DNA of 64,000 bases from Geosiphon pyriformis uo1. Its lineage: Eukaryota > Fungi > Glomeromycota. Where the stretch lies: contig JAAOMT010000523.1 of NCBI GenBank assembly GCA_016748015.1, forward strand, positions 455,221 through 519,220, read 5' to 3'. The notes beneath the pieces were generated by a model. That model was not told the DNA's origin. It saw only the letters and a program-made list of their open reading frames with translations, and searched no databases. Below, piece by piece: positions 1 through 14,179 of the stretch (position 1 is its first letter; each line of letters starts with the position of its first letter). The position numbers and the translations under genes are program-made.

Positions 1-308
1 TAATAATAATAATAATAATCAAAAACTCAATTAAATTTTATCAATATCGTTTTAGATACACGTTTTCTTGAAGTTTCTTTGAACTGTGGCATGATGTTAT
101 GCAGTCGCAATTTAGAATATAACAAGAACCAAACTCTATTTAAATAGAAATCAATTGAGCAAGTTTCTAATCTTTTTGTCTTGATGCAGAAAATTATTAA
201 TTATAAAATGTTTGTTTAATTTCCAAAACTTTAAATTACAATGGGAGAAAAAGTTTATTGAAATACCTTTTAGTTAAAACTCGAAATTGAAAATGAGAAT
301 TAAGATTT

Positions 309-520
309 GAATAATAAATAAGAAGAAGGAGAAGAAGAAGAAGAAGAAGAAGAAGAAGAAGAAGAAGAAGAAGAAGAAGAAGAAGAATAATAATAATAAT
401 AATAATAATAAGAAGAAGAAGAAGAATAATAATAATAATAATAATAATAATAAGAAGAAGAATAATAATAATAATAATAAATATAATAATAATAATAATA
501 ATAAATAATAATAATAATAA
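309..520. repeat. Compound (GAA)n/(TAA)n microsatellite
   Basis: Alternating blocks of GAA and TAA triplets are directly visible. Confidence 0.95.
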
Positions 521-2481
521 TTTTTACGTCAATAAACAGGTTAAAAGACTTGTCTCATAGCTTCGAGAAAATTTTGTTTACCTGATTATACTGTACTACT
601 TGGTCAGGGTACAAAGTTATTTTAGGTTCATTATGAATGATAGCTTTGAATCATGCCATTTTGGTAAAAGAATAACATGTGAACTTCATTTTAGAGGCTG
701 TTAGTTTTTTAATTTCGTAGAACTTAAATATTCTAAAAGAGGTTAAAACCTTCCTAATTATATATATTGTCAATCATTTCTTAATAATTTTAGAAGATGG
801 CTGTAGGCATTTGCGCCTTTCACTTTAGTCTACATAACTAACTATGCGCTTAAAATCATCATAATATTTTTCAAGATTGTGACAGTAAACAAACAAAAAA
901 GATGAGAAAACTGAAATTTGAAATTCGGAAATAAAAAGATACACATTCCCGGATTTTTAACAAAAACGTGATTATACCTCAATTACATCATTAATTTTCC
1001 GTCATATATATAATAAATATATAGGGTATTTCGAAAATTTATTTTTATATTCAAATAAAAAAATTTCACAGTTATGTAAGTCAAAGATTTATAATTGTAT
1101 TAATAAAAACCTGATTTTTTTTTTTTTACTTTATTAGATAAATCGACCAATCTTTCTTTGGGATAGGTAGTCTAATGTACATGCACCAGTGAGTGAAAAT
1201 CTTTGAAATTCTACGTATGTTTATGATCGTCATTATAATTTTTTGTTATGTTATTAAATAAGAATATTATAATTTTTCCAGTTTAAAAATAGAAAAATTG
1301 ATAATATATAGTTCCTTACAAAATTGAAATGTCAATCCATCCAACCAAAAGTTTATCAATCAAAGGAAATGAAATTCATCTTTATCTAAAACTAAAGGAA
1401 TGCATTTGTATACATACAATGCTTTTGAAGGGGGGGGGGGGAAGGGGGTTTAAAAAAAGATCCAGGCTCAAATTATATTGTAATTGTTAAAACTGGTTTT
1501 GTCCTCATGTGCAGCTAACACATAACCTTCAAGTGTACTGGGATCTGATGGGTTAAAATTTCAAACGCTTAAAAATTCAGAGGTACTACTCTTGAGTAAT
1601 AATTATTTTATTGGATAAGATTTATGCATTTGTCCTGGGTACCCATATATTTTTCTGTTGAACATGATTTCACAAACTAATATTTTGCACATTTCGGAAA
1701 AAACTTTTAGTGCATAAAAATTTTAACCAATTAATTAAATGATTGAAAAAATATTAGATTCAAAAAAGATTAATTAACAAAGTTTAACTTTTATATTTTC
1801 CGGTAGGCGTACATTTTTTTTTTTTTAAGGGTTGCCTAAAAGAAATTTGTTTTTACTAAAAAATATTCAATCGACAACAAATTATATGAAAATAATTATT
1901 TAATGATAATAAAAACTCATGAAAAAGTTTTTGATTTTTATCATAACTTTAAAAGTGTAGAAAAAATTGTTAAATAATCAAATTTTTTTATTAATTTTTA
2001 TTTCTATTACGAAAATTTTTTGTCTGAGACACATTTTTAATTAATTTACTTGAATTAATAATCCCAGTAATCAATGAAGTCTTACCATTTTAAAATATTA
2101 CATAATTTTTTTTCCCTGTCATTTACTTTAAACAAAGTTGATTGCAGCCCTATTTTCTGCAATGTCCAGTATGTAAAGAATAGAAAATAATTTGGTTTGT
2201 TCAAAATGAAACATCTTTATGCATTTCGGAAACAAAAATTTAAAAAAAAAAAAAATATCTCCCCCCAATTGCAAGACCCAAAAATATGAAGATTACAAAA
2301 TCATTTTAAAGGTTTGAAAAAAAAGTGAAATTACATATTTCATTTAAGTAAGTAAATTATTATAATTTTTTAGATTGATCTCATGTGAAAATAACTACAT
2401 ATTAGAAATAAAAAAAAATTTGAAATTTAAACGTCCTTCAAAAGTTTTACGTATATTAAAATATTTGACATAAACTGTGTA

Positions 2482-2514
<33 letters not shown>

Positions 2515-3440
2515 TTTATTATTGATACTTAAAATAACTTTTGTTTCTCTAATAACCATTTTGCAAATCTAATTCCTTAATTTAAATATACTACATTTTT
2601 TATCTTCAACAATTATAAGCTTATCTCGAATAGGCAGCTGAGTTCCTTTGGTATGCACAAGAAAGCAAGTTTTCGGAATTTTTAAAGCAATTCTTTTCAT
2701 AGAGATCGAAAAATAAGGTTGATTGGGCAACCAGGACTCTTTAATTTTTAGTGTACATTAGAAGAATTTCCTTGTGATTAGACACGACTTTTAGTTCGAC
2801 CTTCCTTATTGTGGTTGTCTCATGGAAAATCCTTGGGCGGTCAAGTTCAAAAGAACAATGGGATGAGCGATTGGCTGAATTTAGTTATTCACGCCTTTCA
2901 TGCCGGTATTGTGATTGTTTTTTGTTTTTATTAAACATGGTTTCCTGTGTGAATAATCTGTCAAAAAATAATTGTCAACCACCTTCCAAAGTAAAAAATC
3001 TAAAAAAAAAGAAGTTTTTTGCGCCATAACTTATTTACAATTTTAAAGTGACTAGAGTTTCTTTTTTGGCTTTCAAATAAAATTAGGTTTCAAGTAATCT
3101 GAAATTAAACTTTTACCTTTAATCCATTTCAAAAGTAAACAATAGGATATTTTGGGTACATCAGGGGTGCAGAAAAAATATTTTTTTTTTTAGTAACCCC
3201 TCATATTTAAATCTCTTTGATAATTGTTATTTTTTAAATCATAAGATTTTTTAACATGTGTGACCCTTTGTTAGTTTTTCAAAATATAAAACCTGGAGGC
3301 TTTTTCTATTATTTAATTTCTTTATTGTTAAAAGTTGAAAAACTAATGTGAAAAGCCGCATTCTTATATCTGTTATGTTGAATTGAAAAAAGAAAAACTT
3401 TCTTTTTCCTTTCCTTGTCTTATTTTCTCGCTCTCTCTTT

Positions 3441-3454
3441 ATCATCAACAACAA

Positions 3455-3492
<38 letters not shown>

Positions 3493-3517
3493 TCATCAAC
3501 AACATCATCAACATCAT
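3441..3517. repeat. (CAA)n/(CAT)n microsatellite upstream of the HMG gene
   Basis: atcatcaacaacaacaac...catcaacaacatcatc; it explains the spurious ORFs 3251-3529 and 3415-3681. Confidence 0.85.
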
Positions 3518-3673
3518 TCCAACCACCACTTTTTCTCTGCCTTTTTCTCATAAAAAATTTCACTCTCTTTCAGCAATTTTTTACATTCCATTTCAATTTT
3601 TCCTTGCAGTTTTTTTTATCACCTACTTCATTCATTTCTCCCCATTCTTCTAAAAAAATTTTTAACGAGAGTA

Positions 3674-3887
3674 ATGGATGAGGCTGCGAGAAGAAAACAC
3701 TGCCATTTATTGATGTGTGATGTGCCTCCCCCTACTCCTTCAAGTTCGAACAGAAAGAACTCTCAACGAATGTCTTTAATGATTGATTATACAACATCTT
3801 TAGAGAATAGCTGCATTCAAACAGAAGATAATTTTGTCTTTACCTCGTTCGTTGAGCCCATCAGGATTAATCGCTCAACTCACCATG

Positions 3888-3926
<39 letters not shown>

Positions 3927-5002
3927 GTGAGACGAAATCGATTGCAACATCAACACCACGAACTGATCCAAATAATCAGGTGGAAACCGACCTTGTCACT
4001 CTTTCTCCATTACAAGAGAGAAATCTGATTGTGGACGAAAGCAATTTGCAGCAAAGGGAAACTTCACTAAATCAAAGAACACCAAGGCCACCGAATGCTT
4101 TTATCCTTTATCGACGTGCCAAACAACGATCAGTCACGGCGGAACAAGGAAATATTTCGAATGCGAGAATTTCCCAACTTTTAGCAGCAATGTGGCGTAA
4201 TGAATCTGAAGATGTAAGACTTTATTGGCAAAAAGCTGCTGACCGTAAAAAAATGGAACATTCTCAAACATATCCAGGGTATGTGTATCGTCCCCGAAAA
4301 CCTTCATTTAAGCCAAAAAAGAATCGTCGTCCTAAATCACCTCGTAAGAATGATGATCCTCAAACACAATCCGTTCATTCTCCAACTTTGACGAACGACC
4401 AAATTCAATCTCTTACCACTATCAAAAGTAACATAAATTTCGAAGGTAACATTACCAACTTCGATAACAAGGATCATAATAATTCGGATCACATGACCTT
4501 TGATGAGGATAAAATTGTAATGGAAAGTTCGTTAAATTCTAATTCTATGAATGCCCATATTAGCCCACAAATTTCCTTCGATGATGTCGATTGGGATTCC
4601 TATCCTTATAATTATTATTATCAACAACCCAACGTCGCACTTTATCCAAATTATGCTTTAAACGATCTTAATGAATTACACTTTGATGTTGACATAAATA
4701 CAGTTCCATCATACTGTAAAAACTGTTGGGACAAGAACGTTCAACAAAATCCTTCCATTCCTCATCCTGAAATAGAATGTCCCTATGTTTCGATTCAATT
4801 GGAAAATATTCTCCAACAGCAATTTGAGAGTGGGGATGTATATCCTGATGACATTTCATATCTTATTCATGATATGTCAAATTTCACTAGCAGGAATGAA
4901 TTTTCGATTTTGGTCCCCAGCTCATCCTCGAATAGCTCTTATTCCGACATTGACCCTTTTAACGATAATATTTCATTCTTCAATCATCATCATCATCTTT
5001 GA
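3674..5002 (+). CDS. MATA_HMG-type HMG-box transcription factor, 442 aa, intronless
   Basis: HMG box at ~4076-4300: RTPRPPNAFILYRR...ISNARISQLLAAMWRNESEDVRLYWQKAADRKKMEHSQTYPGYVYRPRK, followed by a basic tail. Poly-Ser is encoded by (TCA)n; the C-terminus is acidic. Confidence 0.92.
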
Positions 5003-6270
5003 TTTACAAATTGATCAAATAATTATATTCATCATTTTTTATTTTATTTCTTTTATCCCTTTTTATTCGTCTTTATTATTGAAATAATTATTTCAATGAT
5101 AGAAATGTAAAAAAAATTTAGTCAGAAAATTCGGACAAATATATAACTCCTTAAGCCTACTATTATTAAGATGATTTTCTTCTATGAACCTTTTTCCCAT
5201 TCCTACATTTTATGGTGTAAATATCAAAAACTTCAACTCTTTAAGTTGTAAATATAGTAAATAATACCCACCTTACAGCTGTAAATAAAGTTTGTGCACA
5301 ATTTTTTGAAAGAAAATTACTTATTATTTACTTTAAGTACTGTGAACACTGACCTCATTACTATAGGCTATTTTTCCAAAGGGATATGGAACCACCATGT
5401 TAATAAGATCATCTTTTATTATACCTCAAACACCCGAGGAAAATATAGAATCAAAAATTTAGATTGTCAAGTAAGAAAATACTGGAAATTAATGATTTAA
5501 ATTCAAAAATTCGAATACAAAATTCACATTATTATAAGTATCACCTTTCTTAAATTTTCTTGTTTTCAAAATTTAAATAATAATAAAAATAATAAAAGTA
5601 ATAATTATTTAAAAAAACAAACAAACAAAAACAAACAAAAACAACAACAACAATAATAATAATAATAATAAATAATAATAATAATTTAATAATAATTTTA
5701 ATAATCTTAATAAATATCAAGAAAAAAATGTGAACGAAAAGTTCGTTTAATCAATAATACAAAATTTTTGATATAACTTAAATTCATTTTTTAATCAAAA
5801 CATGAAAAATTAATAAATAATAAAAATATCATTAATAATATTATTTAAAAATGATGTTTTTTTTTAAAAAAAAAAAAATCATTCGAATTATTAATGAATT
5901 CAAAAGTTTTTTCATGAAATAAAAACAAATGATTTTGGAAATCATGAGAATTTTTTTTTATTTTATTTTTTAAAGTATACTTCTTTTCTAATCGAAAACC
6001 TTTAAAACGAAATCTGAACCATTTAGTAAATACTTTTAAAGTAAATTAGTCAATTTTTGTTTTTAAATATTAATTTCTAATCGAAAAAAAAACTAAAGTA
6101 CGTTTATTAATTTTTGTCTTTAATACTAATTCATCGCTTAACTCATTAGTTTAAATTTAAAATTTCGTTAAATTTTGGAAAAAAATTTTCTATCGGTAAC
6201 AACGGTGATAGAATTCTATTAAATAAAACTCGTTCTTTTTGATATTAGGAAACATAAAACTTGATCACGA

Positions 6271-6380
6271 ATAGAAATAGAAATAGAACTAGAAATTGAA
6301 ATAGAAATAGAAATAGAAATAGAAATAGAAATAGAAATAGAAATAGAAATAGAAATAGAAATAGAAATAGAAATAGAAAT
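6271..6380. repeat. (ATAGAA)n hexanucleotide microsatellite
   Basis: About 18 tandem ATAGAA units. Confidence 0.95.
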
Positions 6381-7483
6381 TTTTTCAAAAGGATTTTTTT
6401 CTCCCAATGAGATATATATAATGAGTAAGTTGAAAGTGAAATTCTCTTTGAAGAAACAAGATATGTACAAAATATTTGGTTTAACTTTTAAAAATTAGAA
6501 CTCTCAGTTGAATTCAATGTCTATTTTCAAAAATACCCTAAAAAGGGTTTTTCAGAAATCTCCTCCAATTAGATGTTCAATTTACAATTAAAAATTGGTG
6601 CTCCGTATGCATAGTACATTTAAGGCAAAAATATATAGCAAGTAAATGCGGAATTATACAATGATTAAGGATTTCATTTAAATAAAGTTAAGATTATGTA
6701 TACGAATTCTCATTTCTTTTATAAAAGCTCTAAAAAAGGAAAATTTCATCTTTGTTTATTTTATTTAAGATTCAATATTATTTTCAATTAAAATCATCGA
6801 TATGGTTTTTTTTAAATTCTATTCTTAATGATAAATAAAGTTCCCGTTTATTAAACCTAACTTGAATGAAAATTTACCTTTTAATGGATATTAAAGGAAA
6901 TCTATTCTCTCGTTCAAATATTTTTTTTTGGAAAATCAATAGGAATTTTTGGTGTATTGTTTATATAAAGAATTTTTAATTAGGGACAACTTTAATATAA
7001 ATAAATGAATGTCTAAATGGAAATTTTTTTATTAACCCGTTAGTTAATGTTATTGTTTTTTTTCTTTTTCAACCATCATCTAAATTTTGGTATTAAATTA
7101 TAACAAAGGGTTAATAAAGAAGACATAATAAAGAAAAAATTTTACATTTAGCTTTTGGGCTCATATTTTGTCAAATATTGGAACAATTGAAAAAAAAATT
7201 GTTACTTCTCTGTTCAAATGAATGAAGATTCAACATTTTAAAAGAACAGCGAGAACAGACACTATAATGAAATGTAAAATGGCTTAAATTAAATGAAGGA
7301 TTCTTTTTATTGAAAACAGGCCATACGAATCGCAAACAATCAATATGCATGTGATACTTTTCATTGTCTTGTTACCAAATTCAGCCTCATAGATAAAATG
7401 TGTCAAATCGTATATAAAAATGACAAGTTCTGAAGTCAAAATACTATCTTCGAGAAATAATCAACTAAATAATCTTTCTAATA

Positions 7484-8571
7484 ATGGATAAACTGAGTGA
7501 TGAAACCTGCATCGAAGTTTTCAAATGGATACTACATCCAGCACAATTGGCGTTATCATGTAAATATTGGGCAAGAATCGCGGGAGACCCACACACTAAA
7601 GCAACTTGGCTAATTTTTCAATACGGAAAAGTTCATGCTCTTTTTCATGCAGTTAGACTTGGTCCTTCATTTATAGATTTAAACATTATTTCTTCACTCC
7701 TTTCACAAAAAGTTATTCTTTCAAGATACTTTATCCAACGCCTTTTAATGCATTTCGGAAAGTATGACGAACAATTAATAATGTTGAAAATTGAACATAG
7801 TGTTGGTCACGCGGATGAAGATCGTATTAAAGAAATTCAAGAAAAGCTTCGTTGTCCCTGGGCCTCTGACTTGCCTCTAAATGTATTTAACCAACTTTTA
7901 GAGGAGGGCTCGAAACGTTTTGGTGGAAATCTTCCGACTAAAGGCAATGATATGGAACTATTTCACTTTCTTTCAGCAGGCCCCTATGTAATCAATCATG
8001 CACCAGCTAAACTCAAAGAAAACCTAAAAAAAATCGAGGAATTAATAAAAGAACATCAGTTTTTCCCCTTTCCCCCACGGCCAATATCAAGAGATGACGC
8101 TAATTCTCACTTAAACTCTGCTGTAAACGAAGAATATCCTCCAAAAGATGCATATGAAAACGTCCGACAACTGAACGTAATCGCACGAGCTATCTTAATT
8201 CATCCGGATTTAGTAAAATTGTGGAAAGATCAAGGGTATCAGGAAATTTGTGAAGATGTCAACGAATTAGTCATGCAAGGGGCATTGTTAATTTTGTTCC
8301 CTCCAAAGCCTTTGCCGAATTGGACGAAACCAGATGTGAATGTTGTTCAAAAGCGATTGGAACTATTAGAAAGTCTTGGATTCAAATTAACAGAGGCCGT
8401 AATTGGAGATGCGTTATTTTTATTCGAAGATCGTCTGGAAGATATTGGAGAGATTTTTATCAAGTCGTTTCAAGCAGTTCGTGGAGAATCGATGAAGGAT
8501 ATTACGAAAATTTGCCTATCCGAAATAATGAAGCCAAAGAGAGACCTCAAAAATAATAATTTGTTGGAGTT
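7484..8571 (+). CDS. F-box-like N-terminus hypothetical protein, tandem copy 1 (3' end lost in the N-gap)
   Basis: Open frame of 362 codons up to the gap. N-terminus LSDETCIEVFKW...LALSCKYWARI resembles the F-box pattern. Near-identical to the copies at 11540 and 15253. Confidence 0.8.
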
Positions 8572-9560
8572 NNNNNNNNNNNNNNNNNNNNNNNNNNNNN
8601 NNNNNNNNNNNNNNNNNNNNNNNNNNNNNNNNNNNNNNNNNNNNNNNNNNNNNNNNNNNNNNNNNNNNNNNNNNNNNNNNNNNNNNNNNNNNNNNNNNNN
8701 NNNNNNNNNNNNNNNNNNNNNNNNNNNNNNNNNNNNNNNNNNNNNNNNNNNNNNNNNNNNNNNNNNNNNNNNNNNNNNNNNNNNNNNNNNNNNNNNNNNN
8801 NNNNNNNNNNNNNNNNNNNNNNNNNNNNNNNNNNNNNNNNNNNNNNNNNNNNNNNNNNNNNNNNNNNNNNNNNNNNNNNNNNNNNNNNNNNNNNNNNNNN
8901 NNNNNNNNNNNNNNNNNNNNNNNNNNNNNNNNNNNNNNNNNNNNNNNNNNNNNNNNNNNNNNNNNNNNNNNNNNNNNNNNNNNNNNNNNNNNNNNNNNNN
9001 NNNNNNNNNNNNNNNNNNNNNNNNNNNNNNNNNNNNNNNNNNNNNNNNNNNNNNNNNNNNNNNNNNNNNNNNNNNNNNNNNNNNNNNNNNNNNNNNNNNN
9101 NNNNNNNNNNNNNNNNNNNNNNNNNNNNNNNNNNNNNNNNNNNNNNNNNNNNNNNNNNNNNNNNNNNNNNNNNNNNNNNNNNNNNNNNNNNNNNNNNNNN
9201 NNNNNNNNNNNNNNNNNNNNNNNNNNNNNNNNNNNNNNNNNNNNNNNNNNNNNNNNNNNNNNNNNNNNNNNNNNNNNNNNNNNNNNNNNNNNNNNNNNNN
9301 NNNNNNNNNNNNNNNNNNNNNNNNNNNNNNNNNNNNNNNNNNNNNNNNNNNNNNNNNNNNNNNNNNNNNNNNNNNNNNNNNNNNNNNNNNNNNNNNNNNN
9401 NNNNNNNNNNNNNNNNNNNNNNNNNNNNNNNNNNNNNNNNNNNNNNNNNNNNNNNNNNNNNNNNNNNNNNNNNNNNNNNNNNNNNNNNNNNNNNNNNNNN
9501 NNNNNNNNNNNNNNNNNNNNNNNNNNNNNNNNNNNNNNNNNNNNNNNNNNNNNNNNNNNN
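8572..9560. other. Assembly gap (others at 12220-12407, 15707-16370, 58227-58381 and 60411-60430)
   Basis: Runs of N, located in near-identical repeats or inside a TE. Confidence 1.
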
Positions 9561-10325
9561 GCGAATAATGTGGTCACTTATGACAACGTGTCGTTTGCCC
9601 GGATCACCGGAATGTTGACTTTCAACCACCTCACATCCAAATTTTTCTACTCAATTACCTCCGTAATCCTCATCCTCTACAGCCAATTGGCATAACGGAA
9701 ATCAGGTTTACCCAGCTCCAATTCTGATCTACAAGCCGTTTCTTAATTTTAAATATTTAAAATAATTATCAATTATTTATTTATTTATTAATATTTATAA
9801 CATAAAAAATTATTAGCAATTTAAGATTCAATTTTTTTTCTTTATATTATATTATATTATTTATTATTTTTAATATTTTTTAATACTAAATTTATATATA
9901 GATATATAATTTTATTATAAAAAGTTTTGAAACAATTTAAATTATTAATTGCAATACTAAAATGACTTCAAATTCAAAGTTAATGGAATTATAATGTTTT
10001 AACAATCCAATAAAATATTACGTAACTTCAAACTTAAGTGTTTTATAAAATCATGCCAAGATCAAAATAACTAATAATAATTAGTAATTTTAATTTTTGA
10101 ATTATAAGACATAGAAAAATCTGTATGAAAGTCAACGGTTTCATCAATGAATAATAAGCTTAATTTTTAATAAGCTTAATTTTTAATTATCTTATTATAT
10201 ATAATAACACTATTACATAATAAAAAAACTTATTTTATTGTCAAAATAGCCAAAAAAAATATTATAAGAAGTGAAACACGTTGTGCATTAATTATTGTTT
10301 TTTATTCAAAAAGGGACCTTCGAAT
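9561..10325 (+). repeat. Downstream spacer of the tandem unit, copy 1 (matches 13248-14010)
   Basis: gcgaataatgtggtcacttatgacaacg... is nearly identical at 9561 and 13248 for ~600 bp, then more diverged. Confidence 0.9.
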
Positions 10326-11107
10326 CTTGTAATATTGTAGATATACATGTAGTTGGATGTCTCTAACTTTTAGCAAACATAATAAAGGAAAAATTGGTTT
10401 ATAGTTCATGTTATTGGTACACGAGGTATCTGCAAGATAATTAGAATAAATACCATATTCGTTACTGTGTAAATTATTTAAAGGATCTAACCGTTCCAAA
10501 GAAAGGTTGTTTTATTTTATTTTATTTTATTTTATTTTTTTATCCCCAATCACCGGCGTGATATAACTCTTTACATTAAGGAGTAATTAGTTTAGTCAAA
10601 AAACCTCATTGTTCTTTTGCTGTTTTCGGAAAAAATCTTTTTTTGGACACACTTTAAATGTATAAACTTGTTACAGTGGCTGTTGAGAAAAAATGTGGTT
10701 TTTTCATAATTAATTATTAATGTTGTATTCATTTGACAAAAACTTTAAAAATGCAATTAAAAATAAAGGGTTTCTTGATTTGAAAATCAATATATATATA
10801 TATATATATATAAAATAACGGTTTTCATAATGATAATAAGCTTTAATTTAAAATAACCAAAAAAAAATTGCTTTAAGTGAAACGCTACACATCAATTGTG
10901 TTGTTTTTTATCCAAAAAGGATCTCGATTTCTTGCACATAAAATTTTTTATATTGAACCAGTTTTCAAATATAATGGTGACTATTCCTTGAAAAAATTTT
11001 TAACACAGAAATTTGGAAAAAGATCTAGATCTGCATGATCCAATCCGAATGAAAGAAGATTCCATGTGATGCCTAATTCAGATCTGACAAAGCTTCTTTG
11101 CAGAGAA

Positions 11108-11308
11108 TATAGTCCAAATCTAAATCCTATTGAAAGTTTGTGGGAAACTTTTAAACGTGAAGTAGAAAAACGAATGCCGCAAAATATGGATGATTTGGAG
11201 TGATATATGGGTGAAGAATCCCTTAATCGAATTTAATAAATTCAATGCGGTGGCTTTGCGAGTAGCAAGTTGATTATCGAGAGTAAAGACGAAAAAATTG
11301 CATTTTAA
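11108..11308 (+). mobile_element. Tc1/IS630 (DDE) transposase C-terminal remnant
   Basis: Translates YSPNLNPIESLWETFKREVEKRMPQNMDDLE, matching the SPDLNPIENLW motif, then a degenerate ...IIESKDEKIAF* end. Confidence 0.8.
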
Positions 11309-11539
11309 ATTTTGTATTAATAAATTCAGTTACATTTGGCCTTTCTAAAGTTACAAATTGCAGTATTAATCTAATGAAAATTGATATAAAATCATTCTTA
11401 ATTTTATTAATTTTATTAATTATTTATTTGTTACTTCATACCATTTTTGGATGATAAAAAAAACTTGTACTAGCCGATTTAAAGAATTTGTATAACTTAT
11501 CATAAATAAGGGTTTGGAGCCTCTCAAAACCCTTTTACA

Positions 11540-12840
11540 ATGAATAGACTGATAGAAGAAATCTGTATTGAAATTTTCAAATGGGTTCCACATCCTGCAC
11601 AATTGGCGTTATCATGTAAATATTTGGCAAGAATTGCTGGAGACCCACACACTAAAGCAACTTGGCTAATTATTCAATACGGAAAAGTTTATGCTCTTTT
11701 TCAAGCAGTTAGACTTGATCCTTGCACAAAAAGTTATTCTATTTAGATACTTTATTCAACGACTTTTAATGCATTTCGGAAAGTATGACGAACCGTTAAT
11801 AATGTTAAAAATTGTAAGAAATTCAAAAAAAGCCTCGTTGTCCCTGGGCCTCTGCCTTGCCTCTAAATGTATTTAACCAACTTTTAAAGGAGGCCTCAGG
11901 AAATCTGCGGAGATGTCAACGAATTAGTCATGCAAGGGGCATTGTTAATTTTGTTCCCTCCAAAGCCTTTGCCGAATTGGACGAAACCAGATGTGAATGT
12001 TGTTCAAAAGCGATTGGAACTATTAGAAAGTCTTGGATTCAAATTAACAGAGGCCGTAATTGGAGATGCGTTATTTTTATTCGAAGATCGTCTGGAAGAT
12101 ATTGGAGAGATTTTTATCAAGTCGTTTCAAGCAGTTCGTGGAGAATCGATGAAGGATATTACGAAAATTTGCCTATCCGAAATAATGAAGCCAAAGAGAG
12201 ACCTCAAAAATAATAATTTNNNNNNNNNNNNNNNNNNNNNNNNNNNNNNNNNNNNNNNNNNNNNNNNNNNNNNNNNNNNNNNNNNNNNNNNNNNNNNNNN
12301 NNNNNNNNNNNNNNNNNNNNNNNNNNNNNNNNNNNNNNNNNNNNNNNNNNNNNNNNNNNNNNNNNNNNNNNNNNNNNNNNNNNNNNNNNNNNNNNNNNNN
12401 NNNNNNNTAGTCAAATCTTGCAACAAAGCCGAGAAATTCCAGATATTTTTCAAATCTCGAGGGCTGAGTGTGTTTTAGGACTTTATGAGAAGTATTCAAA
12501 AAATGTACCATTCAATGAAACGCACCTTCCGTTGCTGGCAGCTGCAAAGCAAGAAGATTTACTCGACCCATTCTTCGAGAAATACTTACCTACCATTTTC
12601 CCTCAACAAACTGAAGAGAATATCGTACAAAAACATCAAAAGAAGCGCAGAAATTTTTCTAAAACAGGGAGAAAGGAAGATGAAGACCAAAAAGTAAAAT
12701 GGAAAAACACATTACTTAAATTTCGTGATAACGATTCAATCAAAGATGAGGATGGGAATATTTACTCGTTTGGAAAACCGACACACTTATTTCTAGCAAA
12801 ATTAGAAACGTTCTTGAACGGTCTTTCTGGTCTCCACTAA
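11540..12840 (+). pseudogene. F-box-like gene, tandem copy 2, with three internal deletions/frameshifts
   Basis: Homologous to copies 1 and 3. Deletions near 11722, 11814 and 11897 (the last ~330 bp). From ~11911 it is identical to copy 1; its 3' end is near-identical to copy 3. Confidence 0.85.
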
Positions 12841-13247
12841 ATGTAAGAAACATGAAAGCCGAGACCAGAAGTGTAAAATGCCCGCGATAGGGAATCTTTT
12901 ATTAAGTTTATTATTTTTGAAGTTAAAATGAATGTCCTCAAACAAAATGGTAAATTTAGATATGAATCATTTTAAATAGGATTTTTAAAAATCTATTTTG
13001 ATAAAAAATATTTCAAACATAGGATAAAAACTATTATAGTATTGTATTATTTAAAACTTTTTGTATTAAAAAATTTATGCTATTTAATAAAAATAATATT
13101 AATTATATATATTATTTTAATATCTTTAAAAAAGTTGATTTTTTGATGCTTACTGAGTGTGATCAAGTTCCGAATTTAAGAAGTTTTTGGTTTGCCGGAA
13201 CAGAAAACCTGTGACATCATATGAGAAAACATTTTCGACGTGCCGAT

Positions 13248-14010
13248 GCGAATAATGTGGTCACTTATGACAACGTGTCGTTTGCCCGGATCACCGGAAT
13301 GTTGACTTTCAACCACCTCACATCCAAATTTTTCTACTCAATTGCCTCCGTAATCCTCATCCTCTACAGCCAATTGGCATAACGGAAATCAGGTTTACCC
13401 AGCTCCAATTCTGATCTACAAGCCGTTTCTTAATTTTAAATATTTAAAATAATTATCAATTATTTATTTATTTATTAATATTTATAACATAAAAAATTAT
13501 TAGCAATTTAAGATTCAATTTTTTTTCTTTATATTATATTATATTATTTATTATTTTTAATATTTTTTAATACTAAATTTATATATATATATATAATTTT
13601 ATTATAAAAAGTTTTGAAACAATTTAAATTATTAATTGCAATACTAAAATGACTTCAAATTCAAAGTTAATAGAATTATAATGTTTTAACAATCCAATAA
13701 AATATTGCGTAACTTCAAACTTAAGTGTTTTATAAAATTATGCCAAGATCAAAATAAATAATAATAATTAGTAATTTTAATTTTTGAATTACAAGACATA
13801 GAAAAATCTGTATGAAAGTCAACGGTTTCATCAATAAATAATAAGCTTAATTTTAAATTTCTTATTAAATATAATAACAAAGCTTGATTTTTAAATTATC
13901 TTATTATATATAATAGCACTATTACATAATAAAAAACTTCTTTTATTGTCAAAATAGCCAACATGTTGGTCATTAATTATTTGTTTTTTACCCGAAAAGG
14001 ACCTCAAATC
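13248..14010 (+). repeat. Downstream spacer of the tandem unit, copy 2
   Basis: Direct repeat of 9561-10325. Confidence 0.9.
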
Positions 14011-14179
14011 AATTACGTAAATTAATATTAAAAATTTTTATATTGAACCAGTTTTCATATATAAAGGGGATACCTTCCTTGCAAATTTTTACATTGAGTT
14101 CATATAAAGGGGATATCTTTGGGTGCAAATTTTTAAGAGAGAATATTGGAAAAGATTTGCTTTAATCTAGATTTATGCA

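Noticed and set aside
2811-3681. ORFs 2811-3029, 3251-3529 and 3415-3681 upstream of the HMG gene
   Set aside because: Low-complexity translations of microsatellite or UTR sequence with no domain signal.
3834-4028. Poly-His ORF overlapping the HMG gene
   Set aside because: Alternative frame of the (TCA)n poly-Ser tract.
6219-6470. (IS)n ORF
   Set aside because: Translation of the ATAGAA microsatellite.
8516-9629. Long X-filled ORFs here and at the other gaps
   Set aside because: Artefacts of N runs.
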